This document shows, piece by piece, positions 1-11,000 of a stretch of 64,000 nt of DNA (position 1 is its first letter; every line of letters begins with the position of its first letter). This DNA comes from Alphaproteobacteria bacterium (GTDB lineage: Bacteria; Pseudomonadota; Alphaproteobacteria; UBA9219), in contig JAFALY010000033.1 in NCBI GenBank assembly GCA_019233975.1, forward strand, positions 16,602 through 80,601. Reading direction: 5' to 3'. The position numbers and the translations under genes are program-made. Under the pieces are notes generated by a model that worked only from the letters and a program-made list of their open reading frames with translations, did no database searches and was not told the origin of the DNA.

Positions 1-601
1 GGACTGTCATATGCCGGACATAAACGGGTATGATGCGACACTTAAAATACGCGAACAGGAAAAAGAAACTGGCCGTCACGTGCCGATCATCGCCATGACG
101 GCCAACACCATGGTAGGCGATAGGGACAAATGTCTGCGCGTCGGCATGGACGAATATATCGGCAAGCCGATCAATGTAGAAGAACTTCGCGAAGCCCTCG
201 GCCAATGGATAAAATTCGACAGTGCCCAGCCCGCCCCAGCATCAACCGCAGATACAGCGGCAACAAAACCTGCCGTCGATTTGGCACGTATAAAAACTTT
301 CTCCGAGGGCGACATTGAGGTTGAGAAAGAATTAATACGCATCTTCAGGGAACAGTCAGACAAGCATATCGCGAATTTGTCACACACACTGGAAGACGGT
401 GATCTAGAGACCTGGCAGGGCGTTGCCCATACCTTTAAAGGCGGGGCACTGAGCGTAGGCGCAGACGTGCTGGGCGCTTACTGTAACGAGGCGCAGCATT
501 TTCAGGGTGATCTGGGTGCACGAACGGATTTATATAACAAAATAAACGCGGCCTATAATGATGCCATCGCCTGCCTGCAGAAGATGGGGCTGACAGACTA
601 A
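1..601 (+). CDS. C-terminal fragment of a hybrid sensor kinase/phosphorelay protein (receiver + HPt); the 5' end lies outside the window
   Basis: The frame is open from nt 2 (DCHMPDINGY...); ORF track 11..601. Receiver motifs 'DCHMPDINGY', 'IIAMTANT', 'YIGKPI'. HPt signature 'HTFKGGALSVGA' near the C-terminus. Confidence 0.8.
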   Translation, partial: DCHMPDINGYDATLKIREQEKETGRHVPIIAMTANTMVGDRDKCLRVGMDEYIGKPINVEELREALGQWIKFDSAQPAPASTADTAATKPAVDLARIKTFSEGDIEVEKELIRIFREQSDKHIANLSHTLEDGDLETWQGVAHTFKGGALSVGADVLGAYCNEAQHFQGDLGARTDLYNKINAAYNDAIACLQKMGLTD

Positions 602-614
602 TCCGCCAATTGCG

Positions 615-1445
615 TTAATCCGCACTGACTGTTGTGCATTCACGAACGCACTGCATAAGGCGTTCTTTGGTAAATGGCTTGGACAGAAAGTTCTGCGCCC
701 CCTTCTGCCATGTATCTGCAATGTTTTCCTGAGAAGCATCGGCGCTGATCATAATCACGCACGCTTCAGGGTCATACATGGTAAGATGATGCACGATATC
801 GCGACCACTCTGGTTGGGCAGATGTATGTCCAAAAAAACAATATCCGGATTGGCTTTCTTATAGGCGGTCATGACCAGGTTACCGTCATCAACCTCCACA
901 ACCTCACCTATACCAGATAAGCCCTTCCTTAAAAGCATACGCTGAAACGCGTCGTCATCGACAACCAGAAATACGTTCGTCTTTCTTGCCCGCCTTTGCT
1001 CGATCATGGATTCGGCAATGTCTGGCCGCGTATAGCTGACAGAAATCACAATTTTACGCAGCCCCTCCGGCGTCGACTTCTCAACGCGCATCTGGCAGCT
1101 TTGTTCCGGCAGAAACTTTTCTATTGCCACGCTGCATTCAGTCATGGCGCGCGGCGTACTGCCCCACCTGATAACAACCAGCAGTTCTGACGTATTACAC
1201 ACGTATATAACGCCATCATGATGGATCAGGCCAGCGTGCAATAGATTTGCAATATTGGTAATTGTCAGATCTTTATCCGAATTAGGCGCAATCGTCAGGT
1301 TGACGAGCAACCATTCCGGCAAACTCGCCCGCAGTTTGTGGATATAATCCAGAAACTCCGGATAAAATTCGTTTGATAGTATCTTCACGATTCCACCCAC
1401 TTCCGGATAACGGAGCAGCGCTTCGCCCGCCGACAACCAGACCAC
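615..1445 (-). CDS. Protein with an unrecognised ~150-aa N-terminal domain and a C-terminal receiver (REC) domain
   Basis: ORF 615..1445. C-terminal half has 'VFLVVDDD', 'DIVFLDIHLPNQSG', 'VIMISA', 'FLSKPF', a complete REC signature. The start at 1445 is GTG. An alternative GTG at about 1388 follows a GGTGGA, so the start is uncertain. Confidence 0.7.
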   Translation of the reverse strand: MVWLSAGEALLRYPEVGGIVKILSNEFYPEFLDYIHKLRASLPEWLLVNLTIAPNSDKDLTITNIANLLHAGLIHHDGVIYVCNTSELLVVIRWGSTPRAMTECSVAIEKFLPEQSCQMRVEKSTPEGLRKIVISVSYTRPDIAESMIEQRRARKTNVFLVVDDDAFQRMLLRKGLSGIGEVVEVDDGNLVMTAYKKANPDIVFLDIHLPNQSGRDIVHHLTMYDPEACVIMISADASQENIADTWQKGAQNFLSKPFTKERLMQCVRECTTVSAD

Positions 1446-1613
1446 AGCAATTATATAAAATATCGGTTAAAAAGTACTTGTGGCACACACATCAGCACGC
1501 CAGATGGATAGCTCATTGAAATCAATGCAAGCTTTCTTCCGGCCCAACGGTTAATTAAGAAATTTTTATATTTAGAAATGCCCAAACGTCACGAACACAG
1601 ATTGATGCACACA

Positions 1614-2438
1614 TTATAGTGATGATGCCAACAATCCGGCCCAGTTCTGCGCCCAGCAACAAGCATGCGTGTAATCGGGAATCTCGATCAATCTTACCGC
1701 ATTATTAGCAGGTAAGTGGTTCATATATGATTGAACGACATCCGTACCCACGACCGCGTCATGTGCGCCAGTAAAATGCGTCTGCGGTATTTGCGCCAAA
1801 GCGGCCGCCACGTCAGCAGGATTTAGTGACGCATTCAGTGGCGCCAAACCATCGCGCCTCGTCCAATAGTCAGTATCCAGATTGGCAGCTACCGTTATAA
1901 TGGACTGTACATCGTGCCGACGCGCAGCAACCAGTACTGCGAGTGCTCCGCCGCCAGAATAACCGACCAGTTTGATCTGATGAGCGCCTGTCTGCTGCTT
2001 CACGGTGTCAATTGCGGAACTGAGGCTCTCAATCACTTCTGTCGCATAACGCCTGTTGGTCCAGTAATCCACCTTACAATTACGCCCAGGCTGGCGATCA
2101 TGCGCCGTGTACTGACATGGCCTGCCCAGCCATACTATAGGATGCAGAGTTGTGTCGGCCAGAGCCATACGCAGGGCAACAGGGTCTTTGGGGGTTGGGT
2201 CCATCGCGGGCTGTGACGGGTGAACAAAGGCGTAGCCGTCTCCTTCGATATACACGGTTAATATATCGCCCACACGCCCCGTTGGTTGAGCAATTGCCAG
2301 ATCAAACGTGCCCGCTGGTAAAACCACCCATTCCCACCCGGCTTGCCGTGCTAAACCAGCCCCCTCCTCCAACCGCGATTGAGAGCATGCGCACAGCAGC
2401 AAAACCATTAACATAAGTGAGAATTTCAGCATTTTCAT
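1614..2438 (-). CDS. Lipoprotein with alpha/beta-hydrolase fold
   Basis: Internal ATG at 2438 gives 'MKMLKFSLMLMVLLLCACSQ' (signal peptide plus lipobox-like LCAC). Nucleophile elbow 'GYSGGG'. The longer ORF to 2672 would overlap the divergent gene at 2527. Confidence 0.7.
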   Translation of the reverse strand: MKMLKFSLMLMVLLLCACSQSRLEEGAGLARQAGWEWVVLPAGTFDLAIAQPTGRVGDILTVYIEGDGYAFVHPSQPAMDPTPKDPVALRMALADTTLHPIVWLGRPCQYTAHDRQPGRNCKVDYWTNRRYATEVIESLSSAIDTVKQQTGAHQIKLVGYSGGGALAVLVAARRHDVQSIITVAANLDTDYWTRRDGLAPLNASLNPADVAAALAQIPQTHFTGAHDAVVGTDVVQSYMNHLPANNAVRLIEIPDYTHACCWAQNWAGLLASSL

Positions 2439-2526
2439 CTTTACTGCCTTGCTTATATTGATCTTTAACGCTAACGTGAAAAACCGTTCATAAGCTCCAA
2501 CCCCAAAGCACACCATCGGAGATAAC

Positions 2527-4167
2527 ATGTTTCTACGTACGCGCAAGTTCGCTTTGCATGCGACGACCGTTCTTGCCATGGCTGTCGTCGCCGTTGATGC
2601 AGAGGCCCACACTATCTCGATTGGGTATGCAAATGCTGGCGCTGCGGGTTCAGTGAACTTTTGGTATGGCACCTATCATACAACAACCGACTTAGGCGCC
2701 ACCCTTAATTATACCGAGGGCAGCCTTCATGTCACGAATACCAGCGGGTATAATCAGACAATTCAGTTCACTCAATTAGTCAATGTTAAGCCCACCGGCC
2801 TTATTGACGGAACAAACAACTTTTACATTAACTCCCCACAACGCAACGCTCTGACGGCCACACCATACCCATCAGCTGTGCATTTTTGGCAAGGCGCAAC
2901 TTTGACCAATTTGTCAGCAGGCACGTATACATTTACCTATGTTCCCATTCAAAATCCAACAGACGTTTGGCAGCCGATTGCAAATGCCATTCTTTCTAAT
3001 ACAGTGACGATTTCTGCCGCTGATGTCGGATCATCAAACTGGACGAGCGTGGGCAATACTGCTGGCGGCCATGCGACACCATTAGGCCCCACACTTGACT
3101 TGATCGCGAACAATGGTGGCCTATCCAGCCAGTTGTCGAGCCTTAGCGGATTGTCATCTGGCGCGCAGTATCACGGCATGAAACAATTGAGCGCAACAAC
3201 GCTGACAGCATCAACACTGACAACGGGCCAAACCTTTACCCCCAGCAACGTGGCCATTGATACGCACTTGCAAACCATTGTTTCTGACGCGTCTTTGGGC
3301 AAGAGCGCGGCGGCTGGTGACGCTTACCAGCAAGGCGCATTCTGGGGTGAGTTTTTAGGCAACTCAACCAGCTTGGGCAACTCTTCTTCAGGTGACGGTT
3401 TTGCATCAACATCAGCAGGTCTGATGGCCGGCGCAGACGTCTTTGTCGATGAAGATGCCGTGGTTGGCTTGGCCTATAACTGGTTGCGCAGTTCTGCAAG
3501 AGGCAAGGGTGACTCTTCGAGCAACTCAACCCTGACCAACACATATCAGGTTAACTTGTACGGCTCATTGCGCCCCGACGGTGACCCGTTGTGGCTGCAA
3601 GGGGTCACATCACTTGGCCTCAACGACTACGCGCAAAAGCGTGGTATTGATTATCTGGGTGAGGTTGCTTCCGCTTCTTACACAGGTCTGCAGATGCAGG
3701 CAAAGGCAACCGTCGGTTATGATTTCCAGGTTGAAGATATGGAAGGCTTGACACTGGCCCCCGTGTCCAGCCTTGAGTTCGCGCGCGTTCAGAACCATGC
3801 CTATACCGAAACCGGCAGCTCGGTTGACCAATGGGTCAAAGGCCATGGATTCAACAGCGTCGACAGTGTTCTGGGTGGTAAAGCTACGCAGAAGTTCGAC
3901 GTTGAAGATATTGGCCCTGTCACAGCCGACGTTCAGGCCGGTTGGTTGCATGATTATATACGCACCCCGATATCAACGACCGCCGTATTGCAAGGTGTAA
4001 GCTATGCCGAGCAAACATCGCGCCTGCCTTCAAACGGCGCGCAGGTGGCCGTTGGCGCCAATGTCCAGCAAAGCGATGATTTGTCTGTCCGTGTTGAGTA
4101 TCAGGGCGATATTCGTCCCGGCTACACCAGCCATACAGCCGCTTTGAAAATCCGCCAGAGCTTCTGA
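2527..4167 (+). CDS. Autotransporter-type outer-membrane protein (short passenger + C-terminal beta-barrel)
   Basis: GGAGA Shine-Dalgarno before the ATG at 2527. Signal peptide 'TTVLAMAVVAVDAEA'. The C-terminal ~280 aa have alternating beta-strand character and end in 'AALKIRQSF' (terminal aromatic residue). Confidence 0.65.
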   Translation: MFLRTRKFALHATTVLAMAVVAVDAEAHTISIGYANAGAAGSVNFWYGTYHTTTDLGATLNYTEGSLHVTNTSGYNQTIQFTQLVNVKPTGLIDGTNNFYINSPQRNALTATPYPSAVHFWQGATLTNLSAGTYTFTYVPIQNPTDVWQPIANAILSNTVTISAADVGSSNWTSVGNTAGGHATPLGPTLDLIANNGGLSSQLSSLSGLSSGAQYHGMKQLSATTLTASTLTTGQTFTPSNVAIDTHLQTIVSDASLGKSAAAGDAYQQGAFWGEFLGNSTSLGNSSSGDGFASTSAGLMAGADVFVDEDAVVGLAYNWLRSSARGKGDSSSNSTLTNTYQVNLYGSLRPDGDPLWLQGVTSLGLNDYAQKRGIDYLGEVASASYTGLQMQAKATVGYDFQVEDMEGLTLAPVSSLEFARVQNHAYTETGSSVDQWVKGHGFNSVDSVLGGKATQKFDVEDIGPVTADVQAGWLHDYIRTPISTTAVLQGVSYAEQTSRLPSNGAQVAVGANVQQSDDLSVRVEYQGDIRPGYTSHTAALKIRQSF

Positions 4168-4262
4168 TCAACGCCGGGCTTCCTGTGCCCGGCGCATCAT
4201 GAATATGGCGCATAGCGTCCGAAGTGTGTAGTGTAACGACGACACGCTCAATCGGGGGATTC

Positions 4263-4631
4263 ATGCTCGACGGATTCAGGAAGTTCGTTTTACGTGGTAA
4301 CGTTGTCGATCTGGCCGTTGGTGTCATCATCGGCGCGGCGTTCAGCGCGATTGTCAAATCCATGGTCGAAGACGTTGTCACACCCTTGATAGGGATGGCC
4401 GGGGGCGCGCCAGATTTTTCATCGCTAAAGCTTGGGCCTGTGAAAGTCGGCAACTTCGTCAATGCGCTCGCGAACTTTCTTATTCAGGCGGGCGTTCTCT
4501 ATTTTGTCGTCGTAGTTCCCATCAACAAGTTGCTGGACCGCATGGGCAGAACATCAGAGGCGCCACCGCTAACTGCAGACCAAAAGTTATTGACCGAAAT
4601 ACGTGACCTCCTCAAAGCTCCCAAAAACTAA
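4263..4631 (+). CDS. mscL: Large-conductance mechanosensitive channel MscL
   Basis: 'MLDGFRKFVLRGNVVDLAVGVIIGAAFSAIVKSMVEDVVTPLIG' is the canonical MscL N-terminus/TM1. The ATG at 4263 lies inside ORF 4224..4631, whose own start is GTG. Confidence 0.9.
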   Translation: MLDGFRKFVLRGNVVDLAVGVIIGAAFSAIVKSMVEDVVTPLIGMAGGAPDFSSLKLGPVKVGNFVNALANFLIQAGVLYFVVVVPINKLLDRMGRTSEAPPLTADQKLLTEIRDLLKAPKN

Positions 4632-4663
4632 CAACGCCACTCACACACAGACAGGAGAGAACA

Positions 4664-5458
4664 ATGTCAAAAAAGATTATTATCGGCCTCTTTGTTCTGA
4701 TCGTCTTACTGGCTATGGGGGCGAGCTATCTATGGTCCAACCTGGGCGGTATTATAGAAAAAGCCGTTGATACATATGGCACCGAAGCGACCCAGACCCC
4801 TGTGCGTCTGGGCAATGTCAAGCTATCGCTTACAACGGGTGAAGGCAGCCTGAGCGACCTGAGCGTGGGTACGCCTACCGGTTTCTCAGCACCCCGAACG
4901 CTTTATCTAGGCACCATTACGGTTCAGCTCGACACACGATCCGTAACAGGCACTGGCCCCATCATCATCAAGCAAGTCGTGATCGATAAACCAGAAGTGA
5001 CATACGAAGTCAACGCATCCGGCGACAACAACCTGCAGGTCATTGCGCGCAATGCCCAGGCATACGCCAGCAGATTCAGCAAAGACAGAAAACCGGAAGA
5101 GAAAACAGCCGATCAACCACATGCCGACAATCAGGGACGCAAAATTATTATTGAAACACTCAGCATCACCAATGGGCAGATCGGCATCAGCCAGCCCTTG
5201 CTGAAAGGCAAGCAACTACAGGCCAGCCTGCCCACCATACACTTGAACAATATCGGCAAGAATGAAGGCGGCGCGACGCCCGCCGAGATTGCCCAATTGC
5301 TGATCGGCACCATCACGCAAAACGCATCACAGGTCGCAACATCCAGCCTTACAAATGCGCTTGGCAACATTAAAGACCTGGGCGGCAACGCGGTTAAAGG
5401 CGCAACTGGCACGCTGGGCAATGCGGGCAGCAAAATAAAAGGCCTGTTCGGTCAATAA
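4664..5458 (+). CDS. N-terminally membrane-anchored protein of unknown function (possibly AsmA/DUF748-like)
   Basis: Strong Shine-Dalgarno (ACAGGAGAGAACA-ATG). Single N-terminal TM 'IIIGLFVLIVLLAMGASYLW'. The rest is hydrophilic and Gly/Thr-rich. The family assignment is tentative. Confidence 0.6.
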   Translation: MSKKIIIGLFVLIVLLAMGASYLWSNLGGIIEKAVDTYGTEATQTPVRLGNVKLSLTTGEGSLSDLSVGTPTGFSAPRTLYLGTITVQLDTRSVTGTGPIIIKQVVIDKPEVTYEVNASGDNNLQVIARNAQAYASRFSKDRKPEEKTADQPHADNQGRKIIIETLSITNGQIGISQPLLKGKQLQASLPTIHLNNIGKNEGGATPAEIAQLLIGTITQNASQVATSSLTNALGNIKDLGGNAVKGATGTLGNAGSKIKGLFGQ

Positions 5459-5472
5459 CCATCCGTATTAAG

Positions 5473-6888
5473 TCAGGACGTTGTACCACCACCCAACGCC
5501 TTGATCAGCTCGACACTTGCCGTCAATCGCCGCGCCAAGAGCAAAAGATTGGTCAGCCTTGCCTGCAATTGGGCGTTCTGGGCGGACACAACATCCAGAT
5601 AAGTCGTGGCACCGCCGTGGTACAGATCCAAAGCGTGCGCCATAGACTTCTCGGTGGACTTGAGTGCAGATGCCTGACTACGCGCTTCATCAAACAGATA
5701 ATGCTGTGTCGCCAAGTTGTCTTCCACGTCCTGATACGCCATCAAGACAACCTGCCTGTATTGTGCCGTACTTTGTTCATAGGCAGCACGCGCCTCATCT
5801 GACAGATCGCTTAACCTGCCTGCATCAAACAAATTGACGCTGGCGGACGGACCAAATGACCAGAATGACGCAGGCGCCGTAAACCATCCCCCCGTCATTT
5901 TATTTTCATACCCGCCCGCGCCGGTCAGGCTGAAAGTCGGGAAAAACGCTGCACGCGCGACGCCGATTTCAGCATTGGCCGCCGCCACGCGACGTTCTGC
6001 CGCGGCAATATCGGGCCGACGTTGCAACAACTGCGACGGCAAATCCGCTTTGACATGCGGCACATGGAGGCGCATGACCTGATGCGACAACGTAAACCCA
6101 GACGGGTTTTTCCCCGTCAAAACGGCAATGGCATGCTCCAGCTGGCTACGCTGCAAATCAATATCGGACAGTTGAGCCTTCGCATTTTCAAGCTTGTTCT
6201 CGGCGTCATCAACTTCCACCTCAGCAACCGCGCCGCCCTTATAGCGGTCTTGTGACAATCGCAGGGCCTTCTCATCAACATGTACAATCTGCTGCAGTAT
6301 TTCGGCGGCTTCATCATCGACGCAAAGTGCTATGTAGTCGATGGCCAATTCCGCATGCAGGCTAAGCCGGACATTCTCCAGATCAGCCGCACTGGCCTCC
6401 GCCTGATCCTGATTGGCCTCAACCGTGTTGCGTACCCTGCCCCATAAATCAAGCTCGTAACTGAAATCACCTTGTGCCGCAAAAGTATTGAACTGCGTCA
6501 CAGTCGGTGTGTTTGCGAGTTTTAGGGAGTCCTTGGTGCGCACACCGCTGGTATTGCCTGTAATTGTTGGAAAATAGGCCGTGCGTGCGACGGATGCCTG
6601 TAAGCGCGCCTGCTCATACTGAGCGAGTGCCGACTTCAAGGTCTGATTAGCGCCGGTTAGCTCGTTTTCAAGTTCATTCAGTTTTGTATCACCAAAAACC
6701 GTCCACCAATCACCGCGCTTGATGTCGTCTGTCGGCTGCACCTCATTCCATGCGCCAACATTTTCTTTATACTGACCTGCGTCATCCACCTTAGGCACTT
6801 CATAGTCTGGCGCGAATGAACACCCTGCCAACAGCAAAGACATCATCCATACAACAGATAGTTTATGTGGCAAGACTGACTTCGTCAT
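5473..6888 (-). CDS. RND efflux outer-membrane factor lipoprotein (NodT/OprM family)
   Basis: Lipobox 'LLLAGCSF'. About 470 aa with two-repeat coiled-coil/OEP character. Its start overlaps the upstream adaptor stop (ATGA at 6885-6888). Confidence 0.9.
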   Translation of the reverse strand: MTKSVLPHKLSVVWMMSLLLAGCSFAPDYEVPKVDDAGQYKENVGAWNEVQPTDDIKRGDWWTVFGDTKLNELENELTGANQTLKSALAQYEQARLQASVARTAYFPTITGNTSGVRTKDSLKLANTPTVTQFNTFAAQGDFSYELDLWGRVRNTVEANQDQAEASAADLENVRLSLHAELAIDYIALCVDDEAAEILQQIVHVDEKALRLSQDRYKGGAVAEVEVDDAENKLENAKAQLSDIDLQRSQLEHAIAVLTGKNPSGFTLSHQVMRLHVPHVKADLPSQLLQRRPDIAAAERRVAAANAEIGVARAAFFPTFSLTGAGGYENKMTGGWFTAPASFWSFGPSASVNLFDAGRLSDLSDEARAAYEQSTAQYRQVVLMAYQDVEDNLATQHYLFDEARSQASALKSTEKSMAHALDLYHGGATTYLDVVSAQNAQLQARLTNLLLLARRLTASVELIKALGGGTTS

Positions 6889-8075
6889 GGCTGTTTGCCG
6901 TTTTTATCTGCAGCGTTATCCTGCACGCGCACTTCCGCGCCATCTTCAATAGAATCTGGTGGATTCACGACAACGACATCGCCGGAATTAACCCCTGTCA
7001 CAACATCAACCGTTTTGCCGTAATCCCTGCCGATCTTGATAGGCTTTAACCGAACTATTTTTCCGCTTTCGACGACGGCAACCTTTGTTCCATCACGGAA
7101 GATAATGGTGTTCACCGGCAGGCTAACAAAGTTACTGTCTGTTGGCAGCAGCAAATGCACTTCTGCATAACCGCCGGACAACAAATCGCCACCGCCGTTA
7201 TCAACAACCAGTTGGATCAATAACGTGCGTGTCGCCGGATCAATAGCATCAGCATTCTCAGCCAGGGCAGCCTCAAAAGAACGTCCCGGATATTGGGTAA
7301 AGTACAACTTGGCCTTCAGGTCAGGCTTAATCGCTGCTGTGTAACTTTCAGGCACGCGCACATAAACGCGCAATTTGTTAGTTTCGGCAACGCGGAACAA
7401 TTCCTGTCCAGACGGGTTGCTGCCTGCATTGATCAACGAACCTATATCCGTAGTGCGTGACGTCACCACACCGTCGAACGGCGCTACAACCTGCTTAAAC
7501 CCTTCCAGTTTCTGTAAGCGATCAAGCTCAGCCTTAGCAGCTGCCACAAGGGCAGCATCAGCCGCCGCAGTCGCCACCTTCTCATTCGTGTCCTGTTCGG
7601 ACACTGCATGTGTCTTCAGCAAATCCTGCCAACGCTTTGCCGTGCTCTGTGCAATGTTATTATTGGCTTCCGCAGTTGCTAGGCCGGCTTCGGCCTGATG
7701 CAATTGCGCATCAATTTCAGGCGTATCAATCTCACCCAACAGATCGCCTTCCTTTACATGCGCACCAATATCTTTTTGCCAGCTTTTTAAATAGCCGTTT
7801 GTCCGCGCATAAACTGCGGCTTCGTGCCATGGCTGCACATCACCGGGTAAAACAACTTCTTCAGTTCCGCCACCCTGTTGCGCCACAAGCGTGCTCACGA
7901 TTGGCACGGCCTGCTCCTCTGTCCCATGGCGCAGGTTTTCTTCTGCCACCACCCGCAGATTGATGCCCCACGCTGCAGCGCCGACTAAAACAACTGCCAG
8001 CAGGAATAGTTTCCAACCCATGCCAGACTTTCTACGTGATGGCGTTGCACCATCTGGGGTTTGCGTATCAGTCAT
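6885..8075 (-). CDS. RND efflux periplasmic adaptor (membrane fusion protein)
   Basis: N-terminal TM 'WKLFLLAVVLVGAAAW'. Typical MFP lipoyl/hairpin region 'GDLLGEIDTPEIDAQLHQAEAGLATAEAN'. Overlaps both neighbours in an operon arrangement. Confidence 0.9.
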   Translation of the reverse strand: MTDTQTPDGATPSRRKSGMGWKLFLLAVVLVGAAAWGINLRVVAEENLRHGTEEQAVPIVSTLVAQQGGGTEEVVLPGDVQPWHEAAVYARTNGYLKSWQKDIGAHVKEGDLLGEIDTPEIDAQLHQAEAGLATAEANNNIAQSTAKRWQDLLKTHAVSEQDTNEKVATAAADAALVAAAKAELDRLQKLEGFKQVVAPFDGVVTSRTTDIGSLINAGSNPSGQELFRVAETNKLRVYVRVPESYTAAIKPDLKAKLYFTQYPGRSFEAALAENADAIDPATRTLLIQLVVDNGGGDLLSGGYAEVHLLLPTDSNFVSLPVNTIIFRDGTKVAVVESGKIVRLKPIKIGRDYGKTVDVVTGVNSGDVVVVNPPDSIEDGAEVRVQDNAADKNGKQP

Positions 8076-11000
8076 GTATTTGCCCTTCTACTGAATTTTC
8101 ACTATCTGCACGGGTCAACGGACGGTTAGCATGCACGAGGCTAAACACCGCAGGCACAAAAAAGAGAGTCGCCACCGTTGCCATCACCAAACCGCCGATA
8201 ACGGCACGACCTAATGGCGCGTTCTGCTCACCGCCATCGCCAAGACCCAATGCCATAGGCACCATGCCGATAATCATGGCCAGCGCTGTCATCATAACGG
8301 GGCGCAGGCGTGTAACGCCAGCCTCCAGCGCAGCCTGCACCGCACTACAACCGTATTCATGCATGCGTTCGCGCGCAAAGCTGACGATAAGAATACTGTT
8401 CGCAGTCGCAACCCCCATACACATGATGGCCCCAGTCAAGGCCGGAACACTAAGTGTTGTGTGTGTTAGAAAGAGCATCCAGACAATGCCCGCCAATGCA
8501 CCCGGCAGGGCTGTGATAATAATGAAAGGATCCGTCCAGGATTGGAAGTTTACGACAATCAGGAAATAAATAAGGACGATGGCCCCCAACAAGCCGAAAG
8601 CAAGGCCCGTAAATGAATCCACCATGGTCTTCATCTGACCGCGGGCAACAATACGCGTACCTTTCGGCAAGTCTTTCTCGGCTGTTTGCAATATTTTATT
8701 GATGTCAGAAGCGATAGACCCCATGTCACGATCCTGCGCAGCGGCAAAAATATCAATAACCGGCTGTACATTATAATGCGATATAACGGCAGGGCCAACA
8801 CCACGCTCCACCGTTGCCAATGATCCAAGTATTTGCGGTTTACCACCCAACGAGGAGGTCACAGGTATATTGCGCAAATCCTCCAACGACGTCAGTGAAT
8901 ATTGTGGCGACTGCGTCACGACATTATAAGAAACCCCATTTTTGGGATCCACCCAGAAGGTTGGCGAGGTCTGGAAACTGCCGCTCAATGAAATCAGCAT
9001 ATTTGTGGCAATGTCACGCTGTGTAATGCCCAATTCCTGTGCACGCGTTCTATCAACCGTCACGTTAAATTCTGGCGCATTAAAGGCTTGCTGTATATGG
9101 CCGTCGACGACCCCTGTTACATGGCGGATTTGATCAAGCAATTTGTCAGCCACAATACGATTAGCCGCGACATTATTGCCGATCACCTGGATATCGATTG
9201 GTGATGGCAGACCAAAATTCAAAATCTGGCTGGTAATGTCTGCTGGCAGAAACGAGAAACTGACGTTCGGCATGGCACCACTTAATTCCGCACGCAATTG
9301 CCGTACATAATCAGCCGTCGGCTTATGTTCAGATGTCAGCGAAATAAAGATGTCGGCATCTTCGGGACCAATCGGGGCTGAATTACTATAAGTCAGATTA
9401 ATACCGCTGTTCGGCAATCCCACATTGTTGACAATGCTTTGCAGGTCATCCTTACCAATAACGTCGCGAATTGTCGTGGCAACCTGATCACAAATGGCTG
9501 CCGTCTCCTCAACACGTGTGCCGGTCGGCGCACGCAGATGTAACTTGATCTGCCCCGCATCAATTAATGGAAAAAAATCAGAACCAAGCCACGGCCCTAA
9601 CACGACAATGGACCCCAATATCAAAGCCAAAAAGCCAGTTATAAAAGAGCGCCGATGTTGTAACGCCGACTCCAGCACAACCTTATATCCACCACGGTAG
9701 GAGTCAAAGCCACGCTCAAACGTCATTTGTATTTTCTGCAATGGATTTCTGGTTGTCGCTTTTTCATGCGACGGCACATGGATACGCAACAGATATTTAG
9801 CCATCGTGGGTACAAGCGTACGCGACAGAAAATAGGATGCCAACATGGCAAAGATAACGGCCTCCGCCATTGGCACGAACAGATAGCGGGCAACACCGGT
9901 CAGGAAAAACATGGGCACGAACACAATGCATATGCATAGCGTAGACACAAGCGCCGGAATGGCAATCTGCTGCGCCCCGTCCAGAATAGACTGGATAACC
10001 CCTTTTCCCTGCTCCAGATGCCAGTTGATGTTTTCAATGGCAACGGTGGCGTCATCAACCAAAATACCGACGGCGAGCGCCAATCCACCCAAAGTCATAA
10101 TATTGACAGTCTCGCCTAATGCCGACAGCACGATGATTGAGACAAGAATAGACAACGGGATTGAAACAACAATGATGAGCGTACTGCGCCAGCTGCCCAA
10201 AAACAAAAGGATCATCATCCCGGTTAGGGCGGCCGCAATGACACCTTCACGGACAACACCGCTGATGGCCCCCTGCACAAATACAGATTGATCGCCGATG
10301 GGATGCAGACTGAGTGTTGACGGCAAACTGGCCTTGATTTGAGGCAAAGTTTTCTTCACCCGCTCAATAATATCCAAGGTCGAGGCGCTACCTGTTTTTA
10401 ACACCGTCATTAAGGCGGCACGTTGTCCATCCACACGAACAATGTTGGTCTGCGGCGCAAAACCATCACGCACATGGGCAACATCACGCACATGAATGAT
10501 CGTGCCATTGACAGCCTTGATAGGCATGTCATTGAGTTGATCAACCACCGTCGGGCTAGCGTTCAGCTTGATGTTGTATTCCAACGCACCAATTTTCTCG
10601 GTGCCAGCTGGGATAATCAGATTTTGCGCGCCTATGGCAGCGTTCACATCTTGCGCCGAAAGGCCCAACGCCTGCAGGCGATTCTGGTCAAGATCGACTA
10701 ATATCTGTCTTACCTTTCCACCATAAGGGAACGGCAAAGCAGCCCCCTGCACCGTCGCCAATTGCGTACGAATAAAATTATTGCCGGCATCAAATAGCTC
10801 CTGCTCGGACAATTGCTGACTGGACAATGCCAACTGCATAATCGGCACGCTGGAGGCATTATAACTTAGCACCAACGGTGGTGTTGAGCCGGGCGGCATG
10901 CTTTTCAACAATGTTTGCGATATTGCCGTAACCTGAGATAAGGCAACATCGATGTTGGTATTGGGTTGGAAATAGATTTTAATAACAGCCACGCCCGTTA

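Noticed and set aside
1614-2672. N-terminally extended versions of several track ORFs: 1614..2672, 4224.., 16827.., 18257.., 20553..21278, 22184.., 38113..39276, 41468.., 47989..49428, 54731..55279.
   Set aside because: The extensions start at GTG/TTG or overlap divergent neighbours. Internal ATG/GTG starts give canonical N-termini, signal peptides or Shine-Dalgarno spacing.
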